Positions 56,421 to 59,823 of a DNA stretch of 59,823 bases are shown piece after piece. Positions within the stretch are counted from its first letter, which is position 1; every line of letters starts with the position of its first letter. The position numbers were made by a program, and so were the translations under genes. The notes under the pieces were generated by a model. It made no database searches and was not told the origin of the DNA. It was given only the letters and a program-made list of their open reading frames with translations. Source of the DNA: Planctomycetota bacterium (GTDB taxonomy: Bacteria > Planctomycetota > PLA2 > JAEUHO01); NCBI GenBank assembly GCA_965223505.1, contig CBDCWP010000017.1, forward strand, positions 1-59,823, in the 5' to 3' direction.

Positions 56421-57932
56421 CTAGAGTGCGGCGAAGTCCACCACGCGGCATCCCAACGCGGCAAGTCCTTCGGTCAGCGGCGGATCGTAGAGCGCCCGCG
56501 CGTCGGCAGCGCGATCGATCTCGCCTTGCTCCCGCGCCGGAAGATCGCTGGGTCCGGCGGCGGGATGGGCGATCACCTCGATCGTACGGCCGCGCGCGAA
56601 TCGGGGCACGCGGCCGGCCTCGACCCAGCGCCGGGCCTCGTGCACGTCGACGTATCCGTCCGGCGCCCGCAAGCCGCGTGCGTGTTCGGCGCCGCGCGAC
56701 GCCGTCGCGGCGATCCACATCGCCAGCCGCTTGAGGGTCTCCATGACCGTGGGACCACGAAGCGACCCGAGCGGCCGCAGCGAACGCACCGCCCCCACCC
56801 GGCTGCGGGCGGCGGCGCCGAGAACGTCCCTGCGCGTCCAGGGGAGCAGATACGCGTGCCGGTGCGCGTCGAGGTGGGTCACCTGCGCGCCCAATGCACG
56901 CAGCGACGCCAGCTGAGCCTGCACGGCGCGACGTAGCGCACGCCGGCCCGGCCGGCCGAAGCAGGCGCGCACCAGGAAGGAGGTCAACGATCGGTCCTCG
57001 AGCAGGTCGAGGTGCAGCCCGAGGTCCGCGTCCGCTGACGCGGGCAGCGCGGCATCGATCGTGGCGCCGGTCGCCAACGCGGACACGGACGTCAACGCGC
57101 CGCACGCGACGCCCGTCGCGATGCCGGCGTCCACCGACGCCGACATCCCGAGATCGTCCGCGCTCACGATGACCCGCGTCTCGCGCGGCGGCCGGTGCCG
57201 GCTGCGCACCCTCGCGTAGGACGCCAACCCGACGTCGCGGCCGAAGATGCGCAGCGTATCGACTGCGGCGTGCAGCGCGCCGGCGACGCCGACGCGCGAG
57301 GCGCGCGACGCCGGCTCGACGCGCACCGGGTGAATGACGAACCGGTGCCGCGCCTTGTGCGCGAGCAGGAGCAGCTCGACGTCCCACGCGAACCGCCGCG
57401 AACGAAGATGCGGCAACACGTGTCGTGCCGCCTCCACGCGCAACGCCTTGAGACCGGTCTGCGTGTCGCGGAGCGGAAGTCGAAAGAGCACGGCGGTGAC
57501 GACGTGATAGAGCCGGGAGAGCATCCGCCGGTGCAACGGCCAGTGCAGAGCGTCGCTCTCGTACTTGCTTCCCACGGCGACGTCGGCCCGCGATCGCTCG
57601 AGACGCTCGACGATCGGGACGATCTCCTCGGGCGGGATCGCCAGGTCGGCGTCGAGCAGGACCAGGACGTCTCCGCCGGCGCGTTCGCAGCCCTTGGCCA
57701 GGGCGCGCCCCTTGCCCCGGTTCTTCGGCAGCGTGAGCAGCTTCACGCGTTCGTCGGCGCTCGCGACGTTCTGCGCGCATGCGCCCGTGGCATCCGTGCT
57801 GCCGTCGTCGACGACCAGGATCTCGAACGCGCGGTCGGACGCCTCCAGACACCGGAGCAGCCGCACCAAGTTGTCCTCGATGTTCGCGGCCTCGTTGAAC
57901 GCCGGGAGGATGACCGAGAGCGACGCGCTCAC
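56421..57932 (-). CDS. Glycosyltransferase family 2 fused to a YdjC/ChbG-family deacetylase
   Basis: PAFNE, DDGSTD, GKG, DADL and DTQTGLK, then ADDLG, GLHL, HLDAHRH and IAHP. Confidence 0.85.
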   Translation of the reverse strand: MSASLSVILPAFNEAANIEDNLVRLLRCLEASDRAFEILVVDDGSTDATGACAQNVASADERVKLLTLPKNRGKGRALAKGCERAGGDVLVLLDADLAIPPEEIVPIVERLERSRADVAVGSKYESDALHWPLHRRMLSRLYHVVTAVLFRLPLRDTQTGLKALRVEAARHVLPHLRSRRFAWDVELLLLAHKARHRFVIHPVRVEPASRASRVGVAGALHAAVDTLRIFGRDVGLASYARVRSRHRPPRETRVIVSADDLGMSASVDAGIATGVACGALTSVSALATGATIDAALPASADADLGLHLDLLEDRSLTSFLVRACFGRPGRRALRRAVQAQLASLRALGAQVTHLDAHRHAYLLPWTRRDVLGAAARSRVGAVRSLRPLGSLRGPTVMETLKRLAMWIAATASRGAEHARGLRAPDGYVDVHEARRWVEAGRVPRFARGRTIEVIAHPAAGPSDLPAREQGEIDRAADARALYDPPLTEGLAALGCRVVDFAAL

Positions 57933-58594
57933 GCAGCCGGCCGTTCGTAGATCACGATCCGGCTCGGCCCGCCGCTCAGCTCGAGCGCGGGCGGCACGAC
58001 GAGCCCGCGGGACTGGGCGATGTCGCGGCCGGCCTCCTCTTCGGCCTCGTGCAGCGCGTCACCCTTCCAATGCGCCAGGCGTCCGCCGGGCGCAAGCAGC
58101 GGGGCCGCGAGCTTGGTGACGGCGTCGAGCGGGCCGACGGCGCGCGCGGTGACGAGATCACAGGCGCCGAGCAGGCTCGCGTGATCGTGCTTGAGCTCGC
58201 GCACGTCGATCCCGAGTGCGGTCGCGTTGTCGATGCCGACGCGGGCGAGACACGCCTCGATGGCCCGCGCCTTCTTGCCCCGGCGCTCGACCAACACGAC
58301 ACGCGCCTCGGGCCACATCACCGCCGCGATCACGCCCGGGAACCCGTTCCCGCTTCCGACGTCGAGCACGGTGCGCGGCGGCGCCGCCCCCACCCAGACG
58401 CGCGGCAGCGGCAGTGACGGCAGCACCAGGATGTCGACGGCGTCCTCGAGGGACCGCGCGGCGGTCAGATTGACCGGCGCCTGGACGACGCCGGCCGCGT
58501 AGGCGACGAGGGTCGCCGCGCACGCGGGATCGAGCGACACGCCGAGCCGTTCGGCAGCTTCGATGACACGCGCTCTGGACGACTCGGTTCCCAC
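57929..58594 (-). CDS. rsmG: 16S rRNA m7G527 methyltransferase RsmG
   Basis: NLTA, LDVGSGNGFPG, VERRGKK and D.VTARAV motifs. Confidence 0.88.
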   Translation of the reverse strand: MGTESSRARVIEAAERLGVSLDPACAATLVAYAAGVVQAPVNLTAARSLEDAVDILVLPSLPLPRVWVGAAPPRTVLDVGSGNGFPGVIAAVMWPEARVVLVERRGKKARAIEACLARVGIDNATALGIDVRELKHDHASLLGACDLVTARAVGPLDAVTKLAAPLLAPGGRLAHWKGDALHEAEEEAGRDIAQSRGLVVPPALELSGGPSRIVIYERPAA

Positions 58595-58663
58595 GGCAGG
58601 GGCAAATCGTGCACGCAGACCGCCCCTACGGCGAGGACAGTTCGTGCGCGATCGCTCGTGGTG

Positions 58664-59488
58664 CTACCCCGAGGCGGCGGCGCGCTTGGCCGCTTCGCGC
58701 TCGCGGCGAAGCGCCACCCCGCGCAGCGCGGCGGCGCGCGCGATCTCGCGCAGCTCCGCCTCGCGAACGACGCGGTAGGCCCGAAGGTCCTTGGCCTGGT
58801 CCCAGACGTCGTCCTCGCTGGCGATGCCGTCGAGCTCGGGCACCGGCTGCGACGCGGGCGGCACGCGGTGGCCGGCGGCCAACGCATGGCGCTTGAACAG
58901 GAGCCTGAGCTCCTTCAGCACGTTCTCGTTGCCGGTCCAGAGGCCGACGAAACCGCCGCCCGGCAGGACGCGCGAGATGACGGCGACCCTGAATCCGGGC
59001 GTGTCGGCCATCAGGAAGCGATAGCCCTGGAGCTCGAGCGGCGTCGAGAGCTGCTTGACCTTGCCGAGACGGGACGGAACGGACGGGCGCGAGCCCTGGT
59101 AGAAGCCGAAGGTCTCGGCGGCCGACGCGAGCTCGCGCAAGCCGCGGGCGCGCCCCGGCAGATCCGCAGGCTGGGGCAGCGAGACGAAGACGCTGCCGCC
59201 CTGGCGCTCGTCCTTGACGGTTTCCTCGACGTCGACCTCGGCGGCGCGTAGCTCACTCGGACTGAGGATGAGCAGGGTGCCGTCGGGCAGCGCGGTGTCG
59301 CTGAGGGCGTCCTCCACGGGACGCGGCGTTCTCAGCGACGCCGGATCGTCGATGCCGAGATCGCGCAGGGCGGTCTCCACGGCGTCGAACGCCCGGTCGA
59401 GGATCGGGAACGGCCGCAAGTCGCTTCCGGAGAAGCCACGCGGCGGGTAGGTGCCGGAAAGCTCGAAGTTACGAAGCGGTCGAATCAT
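58664..59488 (-). CDS. Hypothetical protein, possibly containing a DICT-like sensory region
   Basis: Coherent ORF from ATG 59488; YRFLMADTPGFRVAVISR...FVGLWTG resembles the DICT C-terminal pattern by eye only. Confidence 0.6.
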   Translation of the reverse strand: MIRPLRNFELSGTYPPRGFSGSDLRPFPILDRAFDAVETALRDLGIDDPASLRTPRPVEDALSDTALPDGTLLILSPSELRAAEVDVEETVKDERQGGSVFVSLPQPADLPGRARGLRELASAAETFGFYQGSRPSVPSRLGKVKQLSTPLELQGYRFLMADTPGFRVAVISRVLPGGGFVGLWTGNENVLKELRLLFKRHALAAGHRVPPASQPVPELDGIASEDDVWDQAKDLRAYRVVREAELREIARAAALRGVALRREREAAKRAAASG

Positions 59489-59624
59489 GAGTGACGGTCG
59501 CTCTCTCGGGGGCGAGGGGGTTGATTGGACGTGGGGCCGGCTCCGGGTCGTCCGGACTTTCACTGGTCTGTACGTGCTTGGACGCGCGTGGGTTGGGTCC
59601 GTTTCGTCGAATCCCTGTCACCCT

Positions 59625-59705
59625 GTCAGTGTCATTCCGTCAATATTTTCGTAACAACTTGAAATGAAGATACTTACGTCGAATGTAAGATGTAAGTAAA
59701 CTCTG
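59625..59705. promoter_or_regulatory. AT-rich promoter-like region with a CGTAA-N19-TTACG dyad
   Basis: Sharp local AT enrichment upstream of the 58664-59488 gene; dyad arms at 59650-59654 and 59674-59678. Confidence 0.45.
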
Positions 59706-59823
59706 CTTCCGGGCGCCGCCTGGGGCCTCCGACTAGACCGCCATGTCATTTCTGGCCCGACGCTCGAAAACGGCGCCGCCGACGCGGCACCTAGCCGAAC
59801 GACTTGGGGGGCGCGGGGTCGCG

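Noticed and set aside
1..59823. rRNA, tRNA, transposase, integrase or prophage genes
   Set aside because: None was recognised. Intergenic spaces are short or accounted for by repeats; a covariance-model scan was not possible.

Overview
A GC-rich, gene-dense bacterial chromosomal segment. The gene repertoire (FG-GAP/ASPIC-UnbV, PQQ-sugar-dehydrogenase paralogs, signal-peptide NiSOD, 11-subunit complex I) suggests an uncultured Planctomycetota-like organism, which is an inference. It carries housekeeping genes (uppS partial, purA, carA, larB, an isocitrate/isopropylmalate dehydrogenase, thiI, trxB, an IscA/ErpA carrier, dut, anmK, sodN, rsmG) and a nuoABCDHIJKLMN operon lacking nuoEFG, followed directly by a ferritin-like protein with five Lys/Ala-rich repeats. 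No rRNA, tRNA, CRISPR, integrase or transposase was recognised. Three signals stand out. (1) A four-helix-bundle (23S-IVP/Avd-like) gene is enclosed by a 38-bp inverted repeat and followed by about 3.2 tandem copies of a structured 221-bp unit. These belong to a dispersed palindrome family GTGTCGTG-[0/12/18/~162/819 nt]-CACGACAC(CAAG) found at five intergenic loci, all in the same orientation. (2) An FG-GAP/ASPIC-UnbV gene is interrupted by a single in-frame TGA (D-G-*-G-C-V-W) followed by a SECIS-like hairpin, making it a candidate selenoprotein. (3) The repeat protein may be an accessory component of the N-module-less complex I. Start codons and family calls were made by eye, without database searches.
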